From positions 44,986 through 64,985 of the IMG/VR virus record IMGVR_UViG_3300027542_000008: DNA of 20,000 nt; one strand, 5' to 3'. The notes under the pieces were generated by a model. It made no database searches and was not told where the DNA came from. It saw nothing but the letters and a program-made list of their open reading frames with translations. Both the position numbers and the translations under genes were made by a program. This document shows, piece by piece, positions 1 to 7,205 of this stretch (position 1 is the first letter of the stretch; each line of letters opens with the position of its first letter). The stretch comes from an uncultured virus (IMG/VR IMGVR_UViG_3300027542_000008). Lineage: Duplodnaviria; Heunggongvirae; Uroviricota; Caudoviricetes.

Positions 1-338
1 GCTTCAATTTCGACGCGCAAAAGTTCTTCATCCCACCCGGCATCCATTGCCATACGGTTATCTGCCAGGATATATGCTTTCTTTTGTGCTTCGGTGAGGT
101 GGTCAACGAATACGCACGGAACTTCCGCGATACCTTCCTCCCTCGCCGCCATAACGCGCCCGTGTCCGGCAATGATGCCGAACTCCCGGTCTATAATCAC
201 GGGATTAATAAACCCGAACTCGCGCAAGCTGGCGCGGAGTTTGTTAATCTGTTCCGGCGAGTGGGTACGGGCGTTATTCACATAAGGTACCAGCTTTGAA
301 ATTGATACCAACTGAAAATCTGTAGTTGTCTTCGCCAT
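1..338 (-). CDS. ParB N-terminal domain protein, most likely a phage site-specific DNA methyltransferase (3' part outside window)
   Basis: Not in the ORF track. Manual translation from ATG at 338 (TAATG overlap with the metK stop) gives MAKTTTDFQLVSISKLVPYVNNARTHSPEQINKLRASLREFGFINPVIIDREFGIIAGHGRVMAAREEG...YILADNRMAMDAGWDEELL, a ParB/Srx-like N-terminus typical of phage ParB-methylase fusions. Confidence 0.85.
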   Translation of the reverse strand, partial: MAKTTTDFQLVSISKLVPYVNNARTHSPEQINKLRASLREFGFINPVIIDREFGIIAGHGRVMAAREEGIAEVPCVFVDHLTEAQKKAYILADNRMAMDAGWDEELLRVEIE

Positions 339-1375
339 TATAAAAGTGCCTCCCGGTAATGGCAGCCCTCTGCCAACTTTTCATAGTCTTTTTCTGCAAG
401 GCAAAGTTTGTTGATGATTCCGCGCGGGGTGAGCGGGTAGTTCTCGCGCACCTCGTCCGCAAGGTCCAAGTCTCTATCGTTTTTCACACAAACGGAAATG
501 GGCTGAGCAACGCCGATAGCATAACCGAGCTGGACTTCGCACCACTTCAGGTCGTGTACTTCAAGCAAGTGGCAAGCTATCCACCGCGCCATATACGATG
601 CCGAGCGGTCAACCTTTGAGGGGTCTTTGCCGGAAAAGGCACCGCCGCCAACTGCACAATAACCGCCGTACTGGTCGCAGACAATCTTTCTGCCGGTAAG
701 CCCGCAGTCCGCCGTTGCCCCACCGACCGTCCATAACCCGGACGGATTGATAATAAGTTCCGGAAGCGGCTGTTCACCGAAGATGCCGGCAATCAAGTCC
801 GTTACTTTTTCCTTGACCGCTTCCAGCTCTATACCTTCCTTATGGCAAACCGAAACTAAAATGCTGTGAACGGAACCGAAGCCCGGCTCTGCATCCAGGT
901 CAACCACCACCTGAGTTTTAGCATCGCCTTTGAAAATTGTATCGGAATTACCCTCGACATCCTTTTCAATTGCGGCAATGATTTTATTTGCAAGGTCAAA
1001 CCCGAAAGGAAGTCTGCTTTCAGTTTCGCGCGTTGCGTAACCGAACATAGTTCCCTGATCACCTGCGCCAATTTCCTCGTCCGAAACTACCGCTTTATTG
1101 ATTTCCTGAGACTGCTTCCCGATTATGTTTATAATCTTGTCAACCGTGTAGCCGAGCTTTCCGGCAACGCGGCGAACAATCGCATCAATATCGAGCTTGG
1201 CGGCGGTAGTGATTTCACCGCTTAGAACCACCGTATTGTCCTTCACCAGCGTTTCAATTCCGCAATGGCTGTTTTTGTCTTGGCGCAAACACTCTGTGAG
1301 GATTGCATCCGAAATCTGGTCTGCATATTTATCCGGATGATACTTGCTGACCTGTTCTGTTGAAAATAATCTCAT
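338..1375 (-). CDS. metK: S-adenosylmethionine synthetase, phage-encoded and divergent
   Basis: Motifs HPDKxADQISDAIL, GAGDQG, DAKTQV, GLTGRKI and GGGAFSGKDPSKVDRS. RBS AAGGAG upstream. Confidence 0.93.
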   Translation of the reverse strand: MRLFSTEQVSKYHPDKYADQISDAILTECLRQDKNSHCGIETLVKDNTVVLSGEITTAAKLDIDAIVRRVAGKLGYTVDKIINIIGKQSQEINKAVVSDEEIGAGDQGTMFGYATRETESRLPFGFDLANKIIAAIEKDVEGNSDTIFKGDAKTQVVVDLDAEPGFGSVHSILVSVCHKEGIELEAVKEKVTDLIAGIFGEQPLPELIINPSGLWTVGGATADCGLTGRKIVCDQYGGYCAVGGGAFSGKDPSKVDRSASYMARWIACHLLEVHDLKWCEVQLGYAIGVAQPISVCVKNDRDLDLADEVRENYPLTPRGIINKLCLAEKDYEKLAEGCHYREALL

Positions 1376-1392
1376 TGAAAAATGCTCCTTTA

Positions 1393-1947
1393 TTAATTTC
1401 CTCTCCTCGCAGAGAGAAGTCTTTCCATTAAATCGTCCTGCGGGTTTGCCCCGCCATAATCAGCCGAGCAGTTGTCCTTTACCACCTGGTAGATTTGGTA
1501 CCAGATTTGGTTGACCTGCTTCATATAGGTCTGGCTCATTTGCACATAAGGGCTGGCGATTGCGTTGCCCGTTGTAGGGTGCTTTGCCAGGAAGCCGAAC
1601 TCGGAAATTGCTTCTTCGCATTGAATCCAACGCGAAACGCTCATCGCATACTGCTCGATGAGCTGTACACTTACCAGCTTCTCACACCCTTTTTCCTGCA
1701 ACCAGGTGAAGGTTTCCCTGAACACTGCTTCCGCGCACATATCTTTTCCGTTTTTCTGTTTCGCTTTTAGATAATCTTTCACCGGAGGAACATCAACGCC
1801 AGAAAAATGAGCAGGCTCTGGTAATCCAGAATTGCCTGCTCTTTTCTTAGTTTCCACCTTTCCTTCGGTGATTTTATCAAACATTGGCTTCGGTTTTCTT
1901 CCAGCACCTATGCGCGTTCCACCGCGATTTGTACCGTCTTTTGCCAC
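1393..1947 (-). CDS. terS: Phage terminase small subunit (P27 family)
   Basis: N-terminal RGGxRxGAGRKPK and C-terminal GFLAKHPTTGNAIASPYV...DDLMERLL. GTG start with AAGGAG RBS; directly downstream of the HNH gene. Confidence 0.85.
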   Translation of the reverse strand: MAKDGTNRGGTRIGAGRKPKPMFDKITEGKVETKKRAGNSGLPEPAHFSGVDVPPVKDYLKAKQKNGKDMCAEAVFRETFTWLQEKGCEKLVSVQLIEQYAMSVSRWIQCEEAISEFGFLAKHPTTGNAIASPYVQMSQTYMKQVNQIWYQIYQVVKDNCSADYGGANPQDDLMERLLSARRGN

Positions 1948-1964
1948 GCTTTTTACTCCTTGTT

Positions 1965-2068
1965 TGATTTAGGGGTTAATACCCCGTTTGATTTCCGATT
2001 TTTGCGTAACGAACCCCAGCCCGGTGTCCAATATAAAAATCCACAGAGATTTCATACCCCCTACCCGG
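1965..2068 (-). other. Probable cos (packaging) region
   Basis: Non-coding gap between HNH and terS. The minus strand reads GGGGGTATGAAATCTCT...GGACACCGGGCTGGGGTTCG...AAAAATCGGAAAT, resembling the cos regions found at this position in HNH-TerS cos phages. The exact cut site was not determined. Confidence 0.5.
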
Positions 2069-2428
2069 TCAATATTTGTACTCAGGATTGGTTTCCTCCC
2101 GGAGTGTTTTTTCATCGTGGCACTTCTTGCATAAGGGTTGCCAATTCGAACGGTCCCAGAACAGTGTTCGGTCCCCGCGGTGAGGCACAACATGGTCCAC
2201 AACTGTTGCCGGAATAAGCCTACCTTTGCGTTGACATTCTGCGCACAAAGGATGCTCTTTTAAGTATGCTTTGCTTGCCTTGCGCCATTCATAGGTGTAA
2301 CCACGTTCTTGCGATGGGCGGGTAAATTCTTTATGCAAAGGCAGGTGCTTGGCGCAGAACATCTTTCCCGGCTCTACCAGCTCAGGGCAGCCAGGATGCT
2401 TGCACGGCACCTTCGGACTTCTGGGCAA
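2069..2428 (-). CDS. HNH endonuclease (terminase-associated, HK97 gp74-like)
   Basis: CxxPGC N-terminus, HPLCAEC, ATVVDHVVPH, NWQPLCKKCHDEKT. TTG start with AAGGAGG RBS. Confidence 0.92.
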   Translation of the reverse strand: MPRSPKVPCKHPGCPELVEPGKMFCAKHLPLHKEFTRPSQERGYTYEWRKASKAYLKEHPLCAECQRKGRLIPATVVDHVVPHRGDRTLFWDRSNWQPLCKKCHDEKTLREETNPEYKY

Positions 2429-2442
2429 ATGTGCCTCCTTTC

Positions 2443-2479
2443 GGAAATAAAAAAATGCGCATAAAATTTACGCGCATTT
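2443..2479 (-). terminator. Terminator-like hairpin in the late-operon leader
   Basis: Minus strand AAATGCGCGTAA-ATT-TTATGCGCATTT followed by TTTTATTT. Confidence 0.55.
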
Positions 2480-2500
2480 CTGTTTCATTATTTTTTTACG

Positions 2501-2571
2501 ATTATATCATACCACACTGAGCGGCGGCTCATCACGGTTCAATGGGGTTCATTTTAGCTCATCACGGTTCA
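2501..2571 (-). promoter_or_regulatory. Activator-dependent late promoter with five phased repeats
   Basis: Extended -10 TGATATAAT (2509-2501) with no -35 consensus. Five RGYTCA hexamers at exact 10-bp spacing (2526, 2536, 2546, 2556, 2566). Confidence 0.7.
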
Positions 2572-2607
2572 ACTTTATAACCCCAGCATGCTTTGAAAAA
2601 GGGGCTA

Positions 2608-2973
2608 TTATTTTTTATCGGGGTTTAAGCTCTTATTATTGACAAGTTCATCCATTAAAGCAAACCATTTTTTATGCTTATCGGAAACTGCGAAGATAAT
2701 TTCTTCACCTTCCAAGGTTGTGACTATCAATGCTTTTCTGTTTAATCGAAAGCGACCTTTTATCGCAGAGGCAACTTCATTATACGGCAAGACAAGATAA
2801 AATTCTTTTGAAGAAATTAAATCAGAAATACCTTTTACAAGCCCACCACGGACATAAGTAGAAAGAAATCCACGTTTATTAAAAACGAGTCCTTCATCCG
2901 TTGCTACACATTCTCCGAGTATTCCTTTCCCGCCTCGCCACATATTAGTAACGCTGGATAATAAAACTTGCAT
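2608..2973 (-). CDS. Hypothetical protein, possible GRAM/bacterial PH-like domain
   Basis: 121 aa with GGAGG RBS. The pattern G-x-x-V-x-T-x3-L-V-F ... LPYNEV ... LIVTT-x-x-G ... F-A-V ... W plus C-terminal helix resembles PH/GRAM folds. Confidence 0.6.
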   Translation of the reverse strand: MQVLLSSVTNMWRGGKGILGECVATDEGLVFNKRGFLSTYVRGGLVKGISDLISSKEFYLVLPYNEVASAIKGRFRLNRKALIVTTLEGEEIIFAVSDKHKKWFALMDELVNNKSLNPDKK

Positions 2974-3002
2974 ATCTTCCTCCGTAGCATTTTAATATTC
3001 TG

Positions 3003-3407
3003 TTATTCTTCGTTCCCGCCATCAAACATAAGCAAAGGAAGCTGTGTCAGCTCTCGCATCTTTTTGGAAGCAGCTATGAGGTCCTTTTGTATAGGCACAA
3101 GCGAACCCCCGATTTTTATGATTTCACCATTGACGGTTTCCGCACACAGCCCCCAATTTCCAACATCGGTTACTTCAATAAAACTCTCTTCGGAAATTCC
3201 AGCTTCAATCATGCTTAGAATGTTTTGTGCTTCTTCCTTCGGTATTTTGAAACGCTTGTATTCGATGCGATGCCCAGCAAAATTATACCGAACTAAAACC
3301 GCACCTCCTTCCGCGGTAATAGAGAGCCTTTGCTCAACTTCATCATCCATTGCCGGCGGCGGTCCATAGCATATTGAGTTTGAAATAATTTTTAACTTTT
3401 TCAGCAT
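3003..3407 (-). CDS. Hypothetical protein
   Basis: 134-aa ORF in the middle of a three-gene operon; contains ICYGPPP...EVEQRLSI and TDVGNW segments. No function recognised. Confidence 0.7.
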   Translation of the reverse strand: MLKKLKIISNSICYGPPPAMDDEVEQRLSITAEGGAVLVRYNFAGHRIEYKRFKIPKEEAQNILSMIEAGISEESFIEVTDVGNWGLCAETVNGEIIKIGGSLVPIQKDLIAASKKMRELTQLPLLMFDGGNEE

Positions 3408-3417
3408 AGATTTTTAA

Positions 3418-3723
3418 TTAAATACCGTTCAGTTTATCCTTGAGATAGCCGCCTGCGTTTTTGTATTCTTTAAGTGAAATCCAACCATCAACCGCTACTG
3501 CTTTTAAAGGGTTTTTGGTATCGCGGTAATATGCCTGATTATGCGGCGTGAGTTTTACTTCCACTGTTTCGAAGCTGTCTGTCGCTGCAAGTTTGAACAG
3601 TTCTTCAAGGAATACCGGTCCTTCACCGGTGTGGCAAGGATACTGCTTTTTCACTCCAAGAATCTGAGACTCAAGCCGTATTTCTACCGGCACTTCTATC
3701 GGGTTATAATATAATTTTTTCAT
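3418..3723 (-). CDS. Hypothetical protein
   Basis: 101 aa with AGGAG RBS, directly downstream of a sigma-70 promoter. Confidence 0.7.
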   Translation of the reverse strand: MKKLYYNPIEVPVEIRLESQILGVKKQYPCHTGEGPVFLEELFKLAATDSFETVEVKLTPHNQAYYRDTKNPLKAVAVDGWISLKEYKNAGGYLKDKLNGI

Positions 3724-3761
3724 TTTCTTTTGCTCCTATTTTTCGTTTAATTTCTGCCGCT

Positions 3762-3790
3762 ATTATAGCATTAACTTAAAGAAAACACAA
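3762..3790 (-). promoter_or_regulatory. Sigma-70 promoter for the three-gene insert operon
   Basis: TTGTGT-17 bp-TATAAT with extended -10 TG on the minus strand. Confidence 0.7.
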
Positions 3791-3874
3791 CCGTTCAATG
3801 GGTGGCTTATCCGAGGAAAGCGCAGATTTATACCGGCGTTCACGATGGTAATACCGATATTTGTCACATAACTA

Positions 3875-3902
3875 TTGACAAAAACGCAAAACATGCTATA
3901 AT
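3875..3902 (+). promoter_or_regulatory. Sigma-70 promoter P1 upstream of DUF3800
   Basis: TTGACA-16 bp-TATAAT with TGn extension. Confidence 0.75.
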
Positions 3903-3907
3903 AAAAT

Positions 3908-3982
3908 CATCCCATAAATGTGTTTGAAATGGCTTTGTTTTGCATATATTATTATGGGGTGGATAAAATGTTTTTCTTTTTT
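3908..3982 (+). ncRNA. Candidate small hairpin RNA transcribed from P1
   Basis: CATCCCATAA...TTATGGGGTG arms enclosing a G-U-rich inner stem, followed by a T tract (3971-3982). No credible ORF. Confidence 0.35.
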
Positions 3983-3993
3983 AAGAAAAACTA

Positions 3994-4022
3994 TTGCTTT
4001 TCAAGGAAAAATATGCTACAAT
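3994..4022 (+). promoter_or_regulatory. Sigma-70 promoter P2 upstream of DUF3800
   Basis: TTGCTT-17 bp-TACAAT with TGn extension. Confidence 0.7.
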
Positions 4023-4027
4023 AGCAT

Positions 4028-4098
4028 TAAGGAAATATGGGCTGTTCATATGAACCGGGTCCACCTTCGGCGGGGATGTTCCCCGCCATTTTTATTTT
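4028..4098 (+). ncRNA. Candidate DUF3800-associated structured RNA ending in an intrinsic terminator
   Basis: Stem AAGG/TGGGCT-GTTC-ATAT-GAAC-GGTCCA/CCTT (4029-4067), then GGCGGGGA-TGT-TCCCCGCC plus ATTTTTATTTT (4069-4098), lying between P2 and the RBS. Confidence 0.55.
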
Positions 4099-4111
4099 GT
4101 GGAGACAAAAG

Positions 4112-4801
4112 ATGAAAGAACTTAGCATCTTTATAGATGAATCGGGCGATTTCGGGTCTTATGAAGTTCATTCGCCGTTTTATATTTTTACACTGGTTTT
4201 TCACGATCAGTCAAAATCAATACACGCACAAATTGAACATTTAAAAAGTAATCTCACGGATATGGGGTTGGATGATGACCATTGTTTTCACGCAGGTCCT
4301 ATAATACGCAGGGAAGCAGATTATGCCAACATGGATATTCCTGAACGCAGAAGACTTATTAACCGTATTATTACCTTCACAAAAAAAGTCGATATCCAAT
4401 ATGCAGCATTCTACGTCGATAAAAAGCATATATCCGATTCTGTTTCATTAACCGTTGGTTTGTCAAAACAATTATCAGCTTTTATTAAAAACGAATATGC
4501 CTTTTTTGATAGTTTCGATAAAGTAATAATTTACTACGACAACGGACAAGTGGAACTGGGAAAGATGCTGGCAACTATTTTTACTGTACTTATCCCGCAC
4601 GCGGAATTTCGTAAAGTTGTTCCCGCCGATTATCGCCTATTTCAAGTTGCCGATCTAATATGTACGATGAAGCTAATCAGTTTGAAAGCGGAAGTTCACA
4701 CCCTTTCAAAATCGGAAAGTTCATTTTTTGGCTCTATGCGAGACTTAAACAAGAACTACATAAAACCACTTCGAACTAAACAGTATGGACATAAGAAATA
4801 G
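4112..4801 (+). CDS. DUF3800 domain protein (predicted RNase H-like fold)
   Basis: N-terminal IFIDESG and C-terminal QVAD (QxxD) motifs diagnostic of DUF3800. Start moved to ATG 4112, which has a GGAG RBS. Confidence 0.85.
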   Translation: MKELSIFIDESGDFGSYEVHSPFYIFTLVFHDQSKSIHAQIEHLKSNLTDMGLDDDHCFHAGPIIRREADYANMDIPERRRLINRIITFTKKVDIQYAAFYVDKKHISDSVSLTVGLSKQLSAFIKNEYAFFDSFDKVIIYYDNGQVELGKMLATIFTVLIPHAEFRKVVPADYRLFQVADLICTMKLISLKAEVHTLSKSESSFFGSMRDLNKNYIKPLRTKQYGHKK

Positions 4802-4836
4802 AAGAAAGCCGATTTAGACTTTCTTCTATTTCTTAT
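4791..4836. terminator. Bidirectional terminator between the convergent DUF3800 and RinA-like genes
   Basis: Perfect 18-bp inverted repeat ATAAGAAATAGAAGAAAG (4791-4808) / CTTTCTTCTATTTCTTAT (4819-4836) that overlaps both stop codons. Confidence 0.7.
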
Positions 4837-5243
4837 TTATAAACCTTTATTTTAGAAAGTGCCGATTTATACCAACGTTTTACGGTGCTAATACTGATGT
4901 TCAGCTCATAACCGATTTCTTCAAGTTTCATATGCTGCATATACCGGTAAAGAAGCACACAACGTTCATCAGCGTTCGTCTGGGTTTCTATGGCATTTCT
5001 AATTTCCTCTTTTAGCGCTTCCAGCCGCTTCAGCTCGGAATTAATTCTTTCTTCCTGCTTCCATATCCGTTCCAGCGCCTTAACAAAAGGCGGTTCGCCA
5101 CTGCTGCTACTTTTGACACGCTCTCCGAGATTTGGCGAAGATATGCCGATGGATAATTCACGCAATGATTCAAGCTCCCGTAAATCATATTTAATTTGTC
5201 TGTCCAAATAGTACACCTGGCTCAAATACTCGTGCGCGGTCAT
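4833..5243 (-). CDS. RinA/ArpU/DUF1492-like late transcription activator (sigma-70 region 4-like HTH)
   Basis: MTAHEYLSQ start, VLLYRY...EEIGYELNISISTVKRWYKSAL HTH. Last gene of the replication operon. Confidence 0.8.
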   Translation of the reverse strand: MTAHEYLSQVYYLDRQIKYDLRELESLRELSIGISSPNLGERVKSSSSGEPPFVKALERIWKQEERINSELKRLEALKEEIRNAIETQTNADERCVLLYRYMQHMKLEEIGYELNISISTVKRWYKSALSKIKVYK

Positions 5244-5244
5244 T

Positions 5245-5463
5245 TTATACCTCCTTCTGCAATCTTTCCATAATCGGTATTCCGTCCATACCGGATAGGG
5301 TTTGAAACCACTCCGACCGGAAAAAAAACTCTATTTCCTCTTCTGCGGTTATTGCTTTTTCATACTTTGGATAGCTTTTCAAAACTTGCAGCACTTCTCG
5401 ATAATCTTTCACGGCTTGCAAAACTATAGCATTTGCAAGACTCTCTACACACTCATTCGTCAT
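5245..5463 (-). CDS. Conserved phage hypothetical protein
   Basis: LANAIVLQAVKDY...FFRSEWF pattern, usual between SNF2 and RinA-like genes. Tight spacing with neighbours. Confidence 0.75.
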   Translation of the reverse strand: MTNECVESLANAIVLQAVKDYREVLQVLKSYPKYEKAITAEEEIEFFFRSEWFQTLSGMDGIPIMERLQKEV

Positions 5464-5466
5464 CGA

Positions 5467-6813
5467 TTACCTCCAAAGCTCCGCTTTTACTGCATCAATT
5501 AGCGCATCCTGCGTTTTTTCTTTTTTTGCTATGGATTTCAAAATTTGCTCATCCAAAGTTCCTCCGGTTACGATGTGATGAACCACAACCGTTTCTGTTT
5601 GCCCCTGTCGAAGCAAGCGTCCAATTGTCTGCTCGTACAGTTCCAAGCTCCAAGTCAGCCCGAACCATATCAGGGTAGAACCGCCAGATTGAAGGTTCAA
5701 GCCGTGTCCAGCAGAAGCCGGGTGAATAAGTCCCACAGCGATCTTGCGCTGGTTCCAGGAATGAATGTCTTCCGATGATTTGATTTCTCTGGCTTCCGGG
5801 AACCTTGCTTTTATGCGTTCAAGGTCGTGTTTGAACCAGTATGCAACCAGGACCGGTTTGCCGTTTGCGCTCTCGATTAAATCTTCAAGTGCGTTCAGCT
5901 TTTCATCGTGGATGTGCAGGACCTTTCGCTCTTCACCGTACACCGCACCGTTTGCCATTTGAATCAGCTTATTAGAAAGTGCCGCCGCATTGACCGCATC
6001 AATCTCGCTGCTGTGTATATTCACAATCATGTCCGACTTCAGTTGCTTGTAAATTGCGCTTGCCTTTTCGTCCATTTCCACTTTCACGGTGTTCATCACC
6101 AGGGCTGGAAGATTGAGATAGTCTTTTGCACGCATCGAAATAGTGATGTCGGATATTTTTTCGTAGATTCGCTCTTCAGCACCCGGAAGCGGCTTGTATG
6201 AAAAAATAATCTGCTGATTTCGCTTATCGGGGGTAAAGTAGTTTGTCCGGTATCGCGTTATGTACCTGCCCAAGCGCTCACCCATATCAAGTAACCTGAA
6301 CTCTGCCCACAAATCCATCAAACCATTGCTGGAAGGCGTTCCCGTAAGCCCCACAATTCTGGACACATACGGTCTTGCCCGAAGCAACGCTTTGAAGCGT
6401 TTTGCGCTATGAGATTTGAAGGAAGAAAGCTCATCAATTACGACCATATCATAGTCGAACTCAACGCCGCTTTTTTCTATCAGCCACTCCACATTTTCAC
6501 GGTTGATAATCGTGATGTCCGCCGCCGCCAACAGTGCCGATATCCTTTCCGAAACGCTCCCGATTGCAATTGCGTAGGTCAACCCTTGCAGATGGTCCCA
6601 TTTTGCAATTTCATCTTTCCAGGTATTTTTGGCTACACGCAAAGGTGCAACTACCAAAACCCTGCGAACCTCACCGGAAGTAATCAGGTGCTTGATTGCT
6701 GTTAAGGTTATAACAGACTTACCAAGTCCGCATTCAAGAAACACGGCAGCGACTTCGTTCTTTTCGATGAACCGCGTTGCATATTGTTGATATTCATAAG
6801 GTTCGTATTTCAT
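5467..6813 (-). CDS. Phage SNF2-family helicase
   Basis: Motif I FLECGLGKS, motif II VVIDELSSFK, motif III GLTGTP, HPASAGHGLNLQ, motif VI QTIGRLLRQGQ. Confidence 0.93.
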   Translation of the reverse strand: MKYEPYEYQQYATRFIEKNEVAAVFLECGLGKSVITLTAIKHLITSGEVRRVLVVAPLRVAKNTWKDEIAKWDHLQGLTYAIAIGSVSERISALLAAADITIINRENVEWLIEKSGVEFDYDMVVIDELSSFKSHSAKRFKALLRARPYVSRIVGLTGTPSSNGLMDLWAEFRLLDMGERLGRYITRYRTNYFTPDKRNQQIIFSYKPLPGAEERIYEKISDITISMRAKDYLNLPALVMNTVKVEMDEKASAIYKQLKSDMIVNIHSSEIDAVNAAALSNKLIQMANGAVYGEERKVLHIHDEKLNALEDLIESANGKPVLVAYWFKHDLERIKARFPEAREIKSSEDIHSWNQRKIAVGLIHPASAGHGLNLQSGGSTLIWFGLTWSLELYEQTIGRLLRQGQTETVVVHHIVTGGTLDEQILKSIAKKEKTQDALIDAVKAELWR

Positions 6814-7075
6814 TGATGACCTCCTCTATTTTTTCTTCACTATCCAGGCAGTAAACTTTGAAGCCGAGTTTTCCAAGTTGCCATTTTCTCTTCCTCTGCA
6901 AAGGTCGCATATCCTTTCCGGTAGTTTTAGTTTCAACGAACGCCATCCGTCCGCCCGGCATCAGCACAATTCTGTCGGGAACCCCCGCGAAAGAAGGCGA
7001 GACAAATTTCAAGCACATACCTCCTGAACGCTTGACTGCCTTTGCAAGTTTGCTTTCTATTTTCTTTTCTTCCAT
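6794..7075 (-). CDS. VRR-NUC domain nuclease
   Basis: GVPDRIVL...AFVETK PD-(D/E)XK motif and RPLQ; 93 aa; GGAGG RBS. Confidence 0.9.
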   Translation of the reverse strand: MEEKKIESKLAKAVKRSGGMCLKFVSPSFAGVPDRIVLMPGGRMAFVETKTTGKDMRPLQRKRKWQLGKLGFKVYCLDSEEKIEEVINEIRTL

Positions 7076-7095
7076 ACTTCCACCTCCGAAATGAG

Positions 7096-7194
7096 GGTGA
7101 ATGGTGGTGAACCGAGTTTTCTAAACTTTTTTATTTTTTCAGCTTTTATTATTTCTTAAAGTAATTTAGAATTTATGGTTCAACACCCTTCACC
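7096..7194. other. Probable replication origin of the element
   Basis: Inverted arms GGTGAATGGTGGTGAACC (7096-7113) and GGTTCAACACCCTTCACC (7177-7194), 16/18 match, flanking a very AT-rich core directly downstream of the primase-helicase. Confidence 0.6.
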
Positions 7195-7205
7195 GACAGT
7201 CTTGC

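Noticed and set aside
1393..1947. Absence of terL after terS as evidence of a defective phage or satellite
   Set aside because: In this prophage type terL often follows the methylase cluster, which continues past the window edge, so it cannot be judged here.
1960..2217. Small ORFs overlapping the HNH gene and cos region
   Set aside because: They overlap a confident gene, lack an RBS and show no motifs.
2526..2571. Short repeats as a mini CRISPR array
   Set aside because: Units are 6 bp at a 10-bp period with no spacers; better explained as operator sites.
2968..3369. 133-aa plus-strand ORF
   Set aside because: Antisense shadow of the 3003-3407 gene in a minus-strand operon.
3762..3790. Same TTGTGT/TGCTATAAT boxes as the hamAB promoter (14505-14533), suggesting co-regulation
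   Set aside because: Both match the general sigma-70 consensus in AT-rich DNA and the spacers differ; insufficient evidence.
3791..3870. GC-richer segment between the divergent promoters, as a possible RNA or gene relic
   Set aside because: No convincing stem, ORF or promoter could be assigned by eye.
4037..4111. N-terminal extension of DUF3800 given in the ORF track
   Set aside because: It runs through the RNA hairpins and terminator. The family DE motif and the RBS favour ATG 4112.
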